A stretch of DNA of 60,000 bases from Schmidtea polychroa (lineage: Eukaryota): assembly GCA_044892525.1 (NCBI GenBank), contig CM097885.1, positions 44,828,001 to 44,888,000 of the forward strand, written 5' to 3'. Numbering within the stretch: position 1 is the stretch's first letter; the number at the start of each line of letters is the position of its first letter. The position numbers were made by a program, and so were the translations under genes. Positions 1-11,693 of this stretch are shown here, one piece after another. The notes below the pieces were generated by a model. That model was not told the origin of the DNA. It made no database searches and saw nothing but the letters and a program-made list of their open reading frames with translations.

Positions 1-169
1 GTTTTATTTATAGAAATCATTAGTAATAAATTTCTTAATAACTAAATTACTTTTGTTCTTACATTTATAAAATTGTGATAGCCAATCAAAATATAGTTTT
101 CAAAATGTAGAAATTGTAACCATCAAATGTATAATAAGCATGACTAGTAACCTTGCAAGCTGTTTAAAG

Positions 170-259
<90 letters not shown>

Positions 260-289
260 GCAAGCTGTTTAAAGTTTTATTATTATTAA

Positions 290-322
<33 letters not shown>

Positions 323-337
323 GCAAGCTGTTTAAAG

Positions 338-377
<40 letters not shown>

Positions 378-646
378 GTGATTGATATAGCTGCATGCTC
401 ACTGCAGACTATATAAAAATATACTGATATAGCTGCATGCTCACTGCAGACTATATAAAAATCACCATTAAATATAAAAAAATTATAATAAAACAACAAA
501 TACTTGAAATAATTTAAAAAAAAAATCTGATTACAAATTTTTATTCAATATGTATATATATAAATACAAGTTATAATACATGTTATAATACAAGTTATAA
601 ATACAAGTTTTTGTAAATAAAAGTTTCTATACAATTTTCAGTTGTC

Positions 647-3600
647 TTATTGATCTTCATCCCATTCGCTGTCGTCGAAACTGGGACTTGGAGCTGCACT
701 GAATTCCTCATCATATTCACTAAATTCGTCAACTCCTAAATAGTGCCCAAATGCGTAACTTATGTTTTTGTCTAGCCACGCGCGCTTATCATCATTATTA
801 CTTAGGGCAATTTTCGAATTTTTAAAAGTAAAAAGTTGGTGATTTCTAGTACCTATTCTAGTCTGCGGTACAGAAATCACCTGATTTGAATGAAAGCAAT
901 TTAGATATGTTTCATGATTTATTGATGTCCCTGGTAATTTAACCCCCTTCGCTTTTACCGTTTCCTTACTACCTAAAAGACTATAACATTTAGGGCGTAA
1001 GAAAACCCATTCAGAATAACCTAATCCCTTGCTCTCATCTTTAAACTTCCCGATGACAGAGTCAAGGTTCCTATTATACAAGGGGTGTGTTGGATCGTAA
1101 TTTGACGTATCCAATAAATTATCAGAGATCATCTGAGGTAATAGAGTTGTTAATTTTAAATTTTTTATTTCTAGAAAAAAGCTGTCGGTATCACCGGCAA
1201 TAATATTTATAATACATTTATATTGACGTCTGTACTTCTCCAAATCAATATATTGGAGCTGGTACATCCGCAGTTTAGACAGATCTAGTACTGTTTGACC
1301 GATGTTGCTAGGTCTGTCTAAACAAATTGAATCTTTTTCCAAATGTGCCGCAATCAGATCGTTATCGATTCTTATAGACTTTCTGAAAGTCGGCTTTGAG
1401 AAGTATACTATCATCTTTTCGGATGAATTACACAACCTCAAATTCATTCGTTTTTTCAGATTTTCAACGGATTTACCGTACAGACTGTTATTATACAATT
1501 TAAACAAGTCCCTATATATCTCGCTAGTAGACTGAGATCGTAAAGTGGTGTTGGTGTCTATGTAGGATTTAAAGATAGGTCCTTGTTTAAACTTTATACA
1601 TCTATGAATATTTACAAAAACCGCACCTAATTCTATATACAATTTGAGAAGCCTCCAATGAAGAACATAGTTCCTCTTTGGCCAATGCGTAAGCATAAGC
1701 TTCTCAACTTTTGAATTAGGCGGGCACAACTTTTCCGGCGCAAGCGGAAAATCATTCAAAAAGTCATGCACACATTCCGGAATATCGATATCGACCTCCA
1801 TAGTATACCCATATGGAAGGTTATCAATATCCGTGTTCATACATTCAAGTAAAACATCATTCAAGTTATCATTCACCCAAGAAAAATCACCATACGGAAA
1901 ATTTTGACTAAGAGCCCAACCATACAGATTATTTATATCAATGTACAATAATTCTGTATCATCTGAAGTAGCCGTGTAATGTTTGTTAACAAATGTTAAC
2001 CCACCCCGGATACCTCCCTCATAGAAATTATACATTTCCATGTCCTGCAAAAGTTCTATGGGTTCCGTTAATGTCATAAGCGCTGAGGCCCATGACATAC
2101 CGGGAATCCCGTAGAAATTAAGAGGATCCAGACCATTGTAAGCAATTGCCTTACCGCGGAATTGCTGAAAATAGTCTGCGAGGAGGTATACGTCCAATTT
2201 TAGGTAGATTAACATATAATCTAACAAATTATTACAGTTATGCTGACTCCACATTAGTTGAGCCTCAGCGTACTGATCTTCCGTAACATCAGACCAAATA
2301 GGAGGTAATTCTAAAGTCGATTCAAGAACATCCAAAGAAGTAGCGAAATTATATGGAAAGATACCTTTAGAGTGAATCATCGACCCTTGAAAGACAGACG
2401 AAGTTAACGGAAAAGTAGTTAAGGTTTTCACAGCTTTGGCTAAAGAACAATTAACAAATTGCATGCTGTCAATAAAACGAACAGGCAATTTGTTAATATA
2501 TGCAATTAAAGATATAAATTTTTCTGTAGAGGTAAGTATAATATTAAGTTCCCAAAGGGGAAAATCACTGAGACCATGTTTTAAAATATGGTGGAGGTCA
2601 TAGCCTCGTAAATTATGAAAGACAACAGGTAACAATTTATTAATCCTGCGAGAGACATTACATTTCCTACATGCCGCTCCGACATATCTACCTGTAAAAT
2701 GGCAATGATCTCTCACAGGATTAATAATAGCTTTTTTACACAAATAACAAATAGTGGTAGATCGAAAGGCACGCTCCTGAGCAAAAGACAAAGTAGACAT
2801 ACCTTTATGACCTTCAAGCTCATAATATGGCAGGACAATTGTGACAGCAATTTCCTCCACTTTCCTCAAAAAATCCAAAATACAATTTGGTCCAAAAAAA
2901 TAATAATAAAATTTAGTGTTTGTATAATTATTAATTAATAAAAGACCTGCTGATATGGGTAAATGTATTTGATGATATGTTTCATGTTCTGGTAAAACCG
3001 ATTCAAAATCGGCATAAATTACGAAGGGAGGTGTAACGGTTTTTGGTAATCTGTGAATAATAAATCCTTATTTTTAGGAAGTGTATACAAGGTTGTGCCA
3101 GTCTGATTTTTACAGCATAGAGCAACATGCTGATCGAAAGCATTCTTATATCTAAAGCCATTTAAACAATGTGGGCACCAGTTACACCTTATTTGAACAT
3201 TTACATTTTCATTTAAATGACAATTCATTAATTTGTCCAAGTCTGTCACTGCCGTATAATGATATTTATCTTTATTACTCAAAAGTAATAAATAAATCGG
3301 CCTACCATCTATAACCTTGGAGCGATGTATGATATTAAGATGAGGGTGGTGAGCTACATAATCCTGAGAAATATCACAATCAGAACTGGCTGGATTATAC
3401 GAAAGAACGTTTATGCTTAATTTTAAATCACGATTTTTCCTTTCAAATTTGGGAATGTTACATAGCCTCATCGGGCAATCTGTGTCTTCATCATAATTTA
3501 ATAGAGGTAAAAATTCTATATATTTGGCGGCTCTTTGGTGATTACAACCTATTTCTTCTCTTTTTAAAAGTGCAAGAATGCTATATAAGAAACACTTATG

Positions 3601-4908
3601 GTCGTTGTTTTTAACATTAATTATTGCATGTTTTAATTTTAATGCAGATGGGGTTTTTATATAGCTATGTCCGGATAATCTACTAACGGGTGCGTATTTC
3701 GTTAAAATAAAATCTATCTCTAAAATATTCATTACGCGCCACCCACTTCCTAAATAGGTGAATTGCTCAATCTTTTCATTTAATTTGCTCACCCCCTCGT
3801 TTATAAAATTTGCTGAAAAAACTTGCGCATTGTTTGAAAAATAATTATCCCGGATCTCCCCATCTTTTTCAAATTTAATTAAAATTGTAAATTGAATTTT
3901 TACATTGCCCATCTTTTCTATTTCCTCTATTAATCTTTCTTCAATTTTTGATGTTAGGGCTATTTTTACTAAGTTTTGATTTCTAATATCAAATTTTAAA
4001 GTTTTTCGCGATCCGTTCAAATCGGATTCTACCATAGGTTCAAACAAAGAGCCGCCTATTTGACATATGTTGAAAGACGTTGAAGCTACACATTCATCAT
4101 TGATGACTATCACTTCTTGTTGTGTAATGGGTGCGTGTTGTGTAATGGGTGCGTGTTGTGTGAAAGATGTTGAAGCTACACATTCATCTTTGCTGATGAC
4201 TATCACTTCAGGTCGCGATAATTTATTCGGAATAAAATTTTTAATTAAACCAGCAGGTCTTTTAATCGAATCTTTTTTAATAATATTTGAATCTTTTTCA
4301 ATAATATTTGAATCTTTAATAATATTTGAATCTTTAATAATATTTGAATCTTTAATAATATTTGAATCTTTTATAATATTTGAATCTTTTATAATAACAT
4401 CTTTTTTAATAATATTTTTTTGCAAATTATTTTGTAAATTTTTTTTTTGATTTAATTTTTTATTTATTTTTTTAAATAAAACATTTTTTGAAATCGAAAA
4501 TTGCCCTAAGTGACTATGATGTTTATTAAAAAATTCCCTATATTTTATTTTTTCGCTAGTCACGCATTTGGGGCATATAAAAAAGTTGACTGAATTAAAT
4601 GACTTTCTGTAATACTTTTTCATGGTGCGATGACATTTATCGTTATGTCCAATTGAGGATTGACAATAATTTGGGTATAGTCTACCTGTTAAATAATAAA
4701 ATTAAAGTTTTATTCTTTTTTCTAATTGTTATTAATTGATACATCTATAAGGATTTATCATCATTTGTTATTTAATTCAAATGAACTATATAACAAATGA
4801 TGATAAATCCTTATAGAAAATAGGTTAATATATTCGAGAGAATATTAGAGAGATTTTAGTATATGGGTCAGATTATTATATGAATATGTTAAATATTAGA
4901 CGAGTAAG

Positions 4909-5003
<95 letters not shown>

Positions 5004-5086
5004 AGAGAAGTAGCTGCATGCTCACTGCAGACTACTATATAGCTACATGCTTACTGTAGACTATAGTAGAAGGGTCAGATTATTTA

Positions 5087-5157
<71 letters not shown>

Positions 5158-5251
5158 TAAAGAGATGTAGCTGCATGCTCACTGCAGACTACTATGTAGC
5201 TACATGCTCACTGTAGACTACAGTAGAAGGGTCAGATTATATTATTATTTA

Positions 5252-5332
<81 letters not shown>

Positions 5333-5500
5333 GTTAAAGAGATGTAGCTGCATGCTCACTGCAGACTACTATTTAGCTACATGCTCACTATAGACTATAG
5401 TAGAAGGGTCAGATTATTATTTATATTATTATTATATTAAAAAGAAGTAGCTGCATGCTCACTGCAGACTACTATGTAGCTACATGCTTACTGTAGACTA

Positions 5501-5552
<52 letters not shown>

Positions 5553-7011
5553 TTAACTACTGTAGATGCACATTGCAAGAATTATTTTATAACTATAGTT
5601 TTATAAGCACTTTTTAAATATTTTTATATTAATTTCAGAAACGTAGTATTTACTTCATAAATTCCTAATTTTCATCATAAATCATTTTCATCATAATTTT
5701 CTATTAATTTTCAACATATAATCATAAATTCATAATTTTCGTCATAATTTCATAATTTCATTATTTTCAACATAAATCTTTTTTTCATCATAAATTCTTA
5801 TATTTGTCATAAATCATAAATTCATCATAAATCATAAATTCGTAATTTTCTTCATAAATCATAAATTCGTAATTTTCTTCATAAATTCTTATATTTGTCA
5901 TAAATCATAAATTCATCATAAATCATAAATTCGTAATTTTCTTTATAAATCATAAATTCGTAATTTTCGTCATAAATAATAATTTTCGTCATTTTCTTCA
6001 TAAATCATAAATTCATAATTTTCGTCATTTTCTTCATAAATCATTTTTCATCATAATTTTCGTCATAATTTTGCATTTTCTTCATAAATCATTTTTTCAT
6101 CATAATTTTGGTCATAAATCATAAATCATTTTCATCATAATTTTGGTCATAAATCATTTTCTTCGTATAATCATAAGTTAATTACAAAAGTTTTTAAGAA
6201 ATTAATATAAAAATATTTAAAAAAGTTCTTATAAAAAGTTCTTATAAAATTTAAAAGAAATATATAAAAAATAAATATAAAAATAAATAAGACTTACATT
6301 GAGATTCCATGTCGGAATCCGATTCCTCTTCAGAGAGGACATCCTCCTCACAATTGAGGGCATTTTGTTGAACATCGACAGCATTTTGTTCAGATTCCAT
6401 GTCGGAATCCGATTCCTCTTCAGAGAGGACATCCTCATCATAATTGATTGTATTTTCTGTTTCGTCAACATTAAATCCTAAAAAAAAATTGTTTAAAAAT
6501 AAAATACTAAAATAAATTTACTTTTTTCATTGAAAACCTGGTTTTGCCCAACATTAATAACCGGGGCAGTTGTTTCGCCTATAAATATAATATCTTCATC
6601 ATCACTTTGAACATCCTCACAATTGATTATATTTTCCGTTTCGTCAATGTCGACATTAAACGCTGAAAAAAAAATTTTTTTTAAATAAAATACTAAAATA
6701 AATTTACTTTTTTCTTTGAAACCCTTGTTTTGGCCAACATCATTAACATCATTAACATTTTGTTCAATAAAAACGACATCATCGTCGTCATCACTAATAA
6801 CAATTGAATCTAAAATATATAAAATTAATTTTAATAAAAATTAAAAGGATAAAATTACTGAAGATATTATCAACATTTAAAATTGAGTCGTCTTGAGTTA
6901 CTTGATACCAATCGAATGGTTCTAAAATAATAAAATAAAATATAATAAAATAAAATAAAATAAATTACCCATTGTCGTTAATAGTGTTCTTAATATATTA
7001 TTGTTAGCCAT
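647..7011 (-). CDS. pPolB: Protein-primed family B DNA polymerase with spliced N-terminal regulatory leader (predicted 6 exons, ~1522 aa after correcting one frameshift)
   Basis: Motifs YADFES, HNLRGYD, KGIFPY, YIDINNLYG, KLYNNSLYGK, GDTDS, RPKCY. Exons 7011-6969, 6921-6859, 6809-6708, 6662-6522, 6477-6298 and 4685-647, all GT-AG, phase 1 and in frame. One A missing in the run at 3040-3044 joins ORFs 3019-4623 and 647-2878. The core is near certain; the leader exons are predicted. Confidence 0.88.
4745..4816. repeat. Perfect 27-bp-stem hairpin inside pPolB intron 5
   Basis: CTATAAGGATTTATCATCATTTGTTAT (4745-4771) and its exact reverse complement (4790-4816), with an 18-nt loop. Confidence 0.9.
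4860..5560. repeat. Compound repeat: paired GTAGCTGCATGCTCACTGCAGACTAC mini-hairpins plus GGGTCAGATT, separated by (ATT)n
   Basis: Four hairpin doublets at ~5010, 5167, 5345 and 5447; the same motif occurs at ~388 and ~430. Confidence 0.85.
5650..6175. repeat. Degenerate TCATAAAT/TCATAATTTTC minisatellite (intronic)
   Basis: Dense short tandem units visible directly. Confidence 0.8.
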
Positions 7012-7392
7012 TTTATTTCTATTTAGATTTTTAAAATTGGAATTTGAAAAATTTAGAATAATTGTGACAAATTTTAGATTTGTCAATGTTTATAAAGAGA
7101 ATGAATATTTTCCTGTCCCAGCCAATGAGAATATAGACACACACACATATACACTGAATATTTTAATCACTCAACCAATCACACGCATGCATGTATGTAA
7201 TGTAAATCACTCAAAATTACATGTGACTGCCTTTGTTAGTCATGCCTTTGTTAACTTGCACTGTGCATGCTTCAGGCAAAGGCAGTCTTTATGTTACAAA
7301 TAATAATATTTATTTGAATAATAATAAAATTAATTAAAAATAATAATATTTTTCACAATAATAATAATAATAATAATATTAATATTAATAAT

Positions 7393-7423
<31 letters not shown>

Positions 7424-7425
7424 AT

Positions 7426-7465
<40 letters not shown>

Positions 7466-7548
7466 TTAATATTAATAATAATATTAATAATAATATTAAT
7501 AATAACACAACAACAAAGGAAAGGATACATTTATTAAACATTTTTTCT

Positions 7549-7961
7549 TTAAACATCAAATTTTTTGTACAATAACCAAGCTAAACAATGTTGACCGCAT
7601 GTTTGGGTCAAGGGATTTTGAAACATAGTTTTATTATACACAATAGGTTTCCCCATTGTTTGTAGTTTTGATATCAACAAAGCCGGGTAATAAAAACCCA
7701 TAGGATCGAACACGAATATATTACCAAGTTTCATATATATAGCTATCCAATGTTCTCCACCGAGATGAGACGATTGAGTATTGACGATTATTGCTTGATT
7801 ATTGCTCAAATATGGAATTTTATCAAGAGGAAAAACTCCAACAAATTCATTTCCCAATATCTGTTTTCCGATTTTATTGACCTGAACAGAACTATTTAAA
7901 TAAATCCAGAGTATAAAAAAACAACTTACTCCATGACAACTTTTTGTGTTTCAATATACAT
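7549..7961 (-). CDS. Adenain-like cysteine maturation protease (2 exons)
   Basis: GVFPLD, GGEHW, FDPMG and FQ...TCGQHC catalytic motifs. Intron 7929-7892 (GTAAGT...AG, 38 nt) yields the N-terminus ...MDSVQVNKIGKQILGNEFVGVF. Confidence 0.9.
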
Positions 7962-9180
7962 TTATACCAACACAGTTCTATTTGCAGTAATTTGAACTTC
8001 ATTTTCAAATACTCCATATATTATAACATGTACTGGTTCAGTAATAGCTTTGCAAACTTTATATCCAGTCGTAAATTTCCATTTTGAGGTAATTGACTTT
8101 GATTTAAATCAAAATCAGGGGCTAAAACAAATGTAAAAAATGGGTATTTGCTTTTAAAATCTTCTAGAGTTATTCCACAATTCAAATTTTTATCTAAATA
8201 ACCCAGATTTCTAACAATGCTCTGCATATATGTCGCACAGTAATTGTCATTCTCGAAATCTTGAATATATGTTTCTCTATAATCAGTATTTTTCGACAAA
8301 GTCAATGATGTAACACCAAAGTTTTTGAAAATTGAGCTGGACGCAGTATATGATCCATTATATTGTGCTTCACTTTGAAATGTTATCAGAATAAAATTAG
8401 GCATTCTTCTGTCACCAAATATTTGTTCTTTATAGAATGATGAAGCACCTTTAGCAATAGCAAATTGTACAATTTCCTTTGTTTTTAATGGATAAATTGC
8501 ATGTTTTGAATTAAGACCCAATTGATGACCTGCTAATACTGAGGGGTCTACTCGAACTCTTCTCACCAATAATTTTGCATCAACTAATTGACATATTGGT
8601 GCAGTAGTTGCACTAGTAAGAGATAATGCAGAATCAGACCTTTTCAATCTAATATGTACATTAACTCCCGGTAGTAAATATTTCGGTTGATCCATAAAAT
8701 CAAGTTGTAATGATGAGCACATGGTGAAAACCTTTGAGCCTTTTACCCACTTTTTTCTTTCATCATCACTGCCATAACCCATAGGAGTAAGACATGTATT
8801 TTTAGTATCGGAATTGTAATTTAAAATAGTTTCTATTAATGCCTTGTGAATGAATGTATTATTTCCGCCCTCAATCTTGATATTATTAAATCCCAACACT
8901 GCATCTTTAAAAAGAGTATGAAACAGGAAATTGTTCGGTATTACGTCTGCATTGGCATCCAAAACTGTTTATCTTTATCTACAACCTTAATCTGAACAGT
9001 CAATAAAGTATCGTTCAAATCTAAATATTCGGTTTGTGAACCATTAATATAAAACTGGATATCATTTCTACTATCTGTAATTGAATTCATAGGAAAAACT
9101 TCCTCAAATGCCCCAAATTCTATTACAGCCTGGAGCGACGGTCTATCAAATATACATAATTCGGATTTACCACAAATCAT
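7962..9180 (-). CDS. Major capsid protein (double jelly-roll, hexon-like), split by two 1-nt frameshifts
   Basis: KSELCIF, EYLDLNDT, QPKYLLPGV and GNLRLDIKFA motifs typical of Polinton MCP. Restoring one A at 8968-8970 and one at 8049-8051 gives a single ORF ending ...VHVIIYGVFENEVQITANRTVLV*. Confidence 0.88.
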
Positions 9181-9536
9181 TTTGCAAATATAGTTCCATG
9201 TCCTTTCATTCGTTTGTTTATACGTGATATTCCATGTCTTTTACGTTTTGGAGCATGAGCTGGAGCTGGTTTTTGAAACATACCTGCAACCCCGGGTAAA
9301 ACTTTCCCTAATTCTGCTAAAGCATTTGTTTTTAGAGATGGTAATATTTTCTGTTCATTCATAATAACATCTTTTGCTGTTTTCATACCAAAACTACCGA
9401 TACGTTTAAGAATAGGCAGGGCAAATCTACCAATTGTTCTCAACCATCCTGATCCGTACTGTTTACCAATAAAATATGGTAAATCACCACCAGATTGGCT
9501 ACTACTATACATACTAATAATATCAGAATTAGCCAT
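9177..9536 (-). CDS. Small virion core protein with QxGG/QxGxG protease sites and amphipathic helix
   Basis: QSGGDLPYFIGKQYGSGWLRTIGRFALPILK, basic tail, located between the minor and major capsid genes. Confidence 0.75.
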   Translation of the reverse strand: MANSDIISMYSSSQSGGDLPYFIGKQYGSGWLRTIGRFALPILKRIGSFGMKTAKDVIMNEQKILPSLKTNALAELGKVLPGVAGMFQKPAPAHAPKRKRHGISRINKRMKGHGTIFAK

Positions 9537-10571
9537 TTATTTTACGAAAATGTAATGTCAAATGAGTTTTGAACCTTTTGGAAATTCGATTAATTGACCA
9601 GAATCATCTCTTATATTTATTTCTATATTGTTTATACAAGATGTTGAAACAGGTAAATACATGGGATTTTCTACATTGATTTGTACAACTTCATCTTGAT
9701 CATGTTTTTCAATCCATATAGATTTCATTAAAGGAACACTAGAATCACCAACAATAACTGGTTCCACGATATTACTGTAAATGAACATTTGCTGATGATG
9801 TTTAAGGATTTTCGGTTTGTTTGTTCCTTCACAAATTTGTTCATTTTGTGTACATACTGGTTTAGTCAATCCTAATGTTTTTGTCAAATTTGAGTCAAAT
9901 TTAACTTGACTAAGATTAGAATTTATACTAAATCTAAATACTTTATCTTTTTGAAGCTCAAAAACTGTTAAAATCTCGCTACAATTGTCACCTAAATAAG
10001 TTTGTAATTGTTCGAGGTCTGTAATATATAAATTATCTTTAAAAGTATATGCATGCTCTGTTATTTCAAAGTATGATAGATTAAATTTGAATTCCACTAA
10101 ATTATTAGTTTTCGGAAGTGTAGAGAGATTTATTTTGACTGTATCATTAAATACATTACGTAAATCAGTAAATCCAAGACGTTTAGCATCAGCCACTGTA
10201 GAAAATATAATTTCGAATGGCTTATTCAAGCAATTCATGTATAAATATTGACCATCATCATAAATTATAGGTTTCCTTGATTTCGATGAACTCGTCAAGT
10301 TATAATTATCTTTATCAATAAGAACACTAATATATTCCGTTACTGCTACTTTCTTATTATATTCAATAACAGATTTGCTATAGATTGGGAATAAATTGTA
10401 TACAAATGTAAAATCCAACAGAGCAACTTCCCAGTCATTATCCAAATAGATAGGGTTTTGGAGTTCGATGATGAATTTGCTTGCTTGATTTTCTGGATGA
10501 ATTAATGGACAACTATTGCTCGGCAAAATAGTATAAAAATTCACTTTACTATGTCTTTTGCTGATATCCAT
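9529..10571 (-). CDS. Minor capsid protein (penton-like)
   Basis: FYTILPSNS...WEVAL N-terminus and MFIYSNIVEPVIVGD...PMYLPV...IRDDSG C-terminus. One A restored at 9567-9570 gives the usual TLHFRK end. Start codon uncertain (ATG 10571, or GTG 10544 overlapping the integrase stop). Confidence 0.85.
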
Positions 10572-11173
10572 GACGGGTTTTGATAACCATGCCATTTGAC
10601 ATAGTATTGTTTATCCTTACCGACCTTTTTAGTTTTCAATATTTTCTGAATTCTAAATACTTTTGGGGGAGGAATGACTTGTAATTCCTGCTCATAAAAT
10701 TTCCCCTGTACAATATTATTATCATTGTCTTTAATGACATACATTACAGGATTCTGTTTAGTATTTATTTTTGAAATTACAAAGACTTCATCACTCCAAT
10801 TTGTATCAAAATTTTTAATAAATGGTGATGCACTAATTTTACTAATTCTAACATGGTCACCGACTTTATATTTAGGTTTTGCAATTTTTACAGATTTCTT
10901 AGAAGTCAATGATGTTTTTGATGTAATATCAACCGGTCTCAATCCATTCAGTCCTCGATGTGATGAATGATTATAACTTGTTATTATTTTCGGTAAAGCA
11001 TTTACCCATTTTTTATTACCTTGATGCACGAACAATTTCTTTAATCGATCTCTCAATGTTCGATTAAATCTTTCAACATGGGCAGCTTTGTATTGAGAAT
11101 GTACCGAGTAGTGATTTATTTTCAGTTTATCGAGGATTTGCTTAACTTTACTATTGTAGAATTCTTTACCTAA

Positions 11174-11244
<71 letters not shown>

Positions 11245-11632
11245 CCAAATCTGTTTGCAAGTTATTAGGATGTCCATCTTTAAATAAAATATTAATTGCC
11301 TTGGACATTTCTTCTGCAGATTTAGCCTTGACTGGTATTGCTCGTGCAAACCTGCTGTATACATTAATACATGTTAAAATATATTTATTCCCATTGTTAA
11401 TTTTCGAATAAGGTATCATCTCCATCAAATCCATTTGCCATAAATCGTCAATACCAAATGTTTTATACGCTCTTGTTGGAAATCTTTTCCACATCGGTTT
11501 GTTCAAACTGTACGCAAGCTGATCTGATAACCACTTCTGGGTTTCTTTTTTCGAATTCGGAACTCTTTTGTTTAATTTTGCCACTCCACCGAAACCGGCT
11601 TCGTCTTCGGGGTTCGTCCAAATCTTCTCCAT
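10541..11632 (-). CDS. Retroviral-like DDE integrase with C-terminal chromodomain (2 exons)
   Basis: WQMDL, QTDLG^KEF, VERFNRTL and YYVKWHGY motifs. A 75-nt GT-(ATT)n-AG intron at 11244-11170 accounts for the poly-Ile in the ORF track. Confidence 0.93.
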
Positions 11633-11690
11633 TACAACAAGAAGATTTAAAATTAAATTTAATGTCGGGCAATGAAGGATTAGCACCCAT
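11463..11690 (-). CDS. Putative small N-myristoylated protein overprinted on the integrase 5' end
   Basis: ATG just after the stop of the upstream gene; MGANPS (G2/S6) plus SSCC and a basic patch. Confidence 0.4.
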   Translation of the reverse strand: MGANPSLPDIKFNFKSSCCNGEDLDEPRRRSRFRWSGKIKQKSSEFEKRNPEVVIRSACVQFEQTDVEKISNKSV

Positions 11691-11693
11691 TGT

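Noticed and set aside
3030..3050. Programmed -1 ribosomal frameshift in pPolB
   Set aside because: No canonical X XXY YYZ heptamer, and the same single-A loss occurs in the capsid genes, so error or slippage is more likely.
5005..5505. Palindromic repeats with spacers, superficially CRISPR-like
   Set aside because: Spacers are (ATT)n or constant, there are no cas genes, and the context is a eukaryotic intron.
6229..6481. ORFs 6229-6471(-) and 6299-6481(+)
   Set aside because: Off-frame and antisense readings of predicted pPolB leader exon 5.
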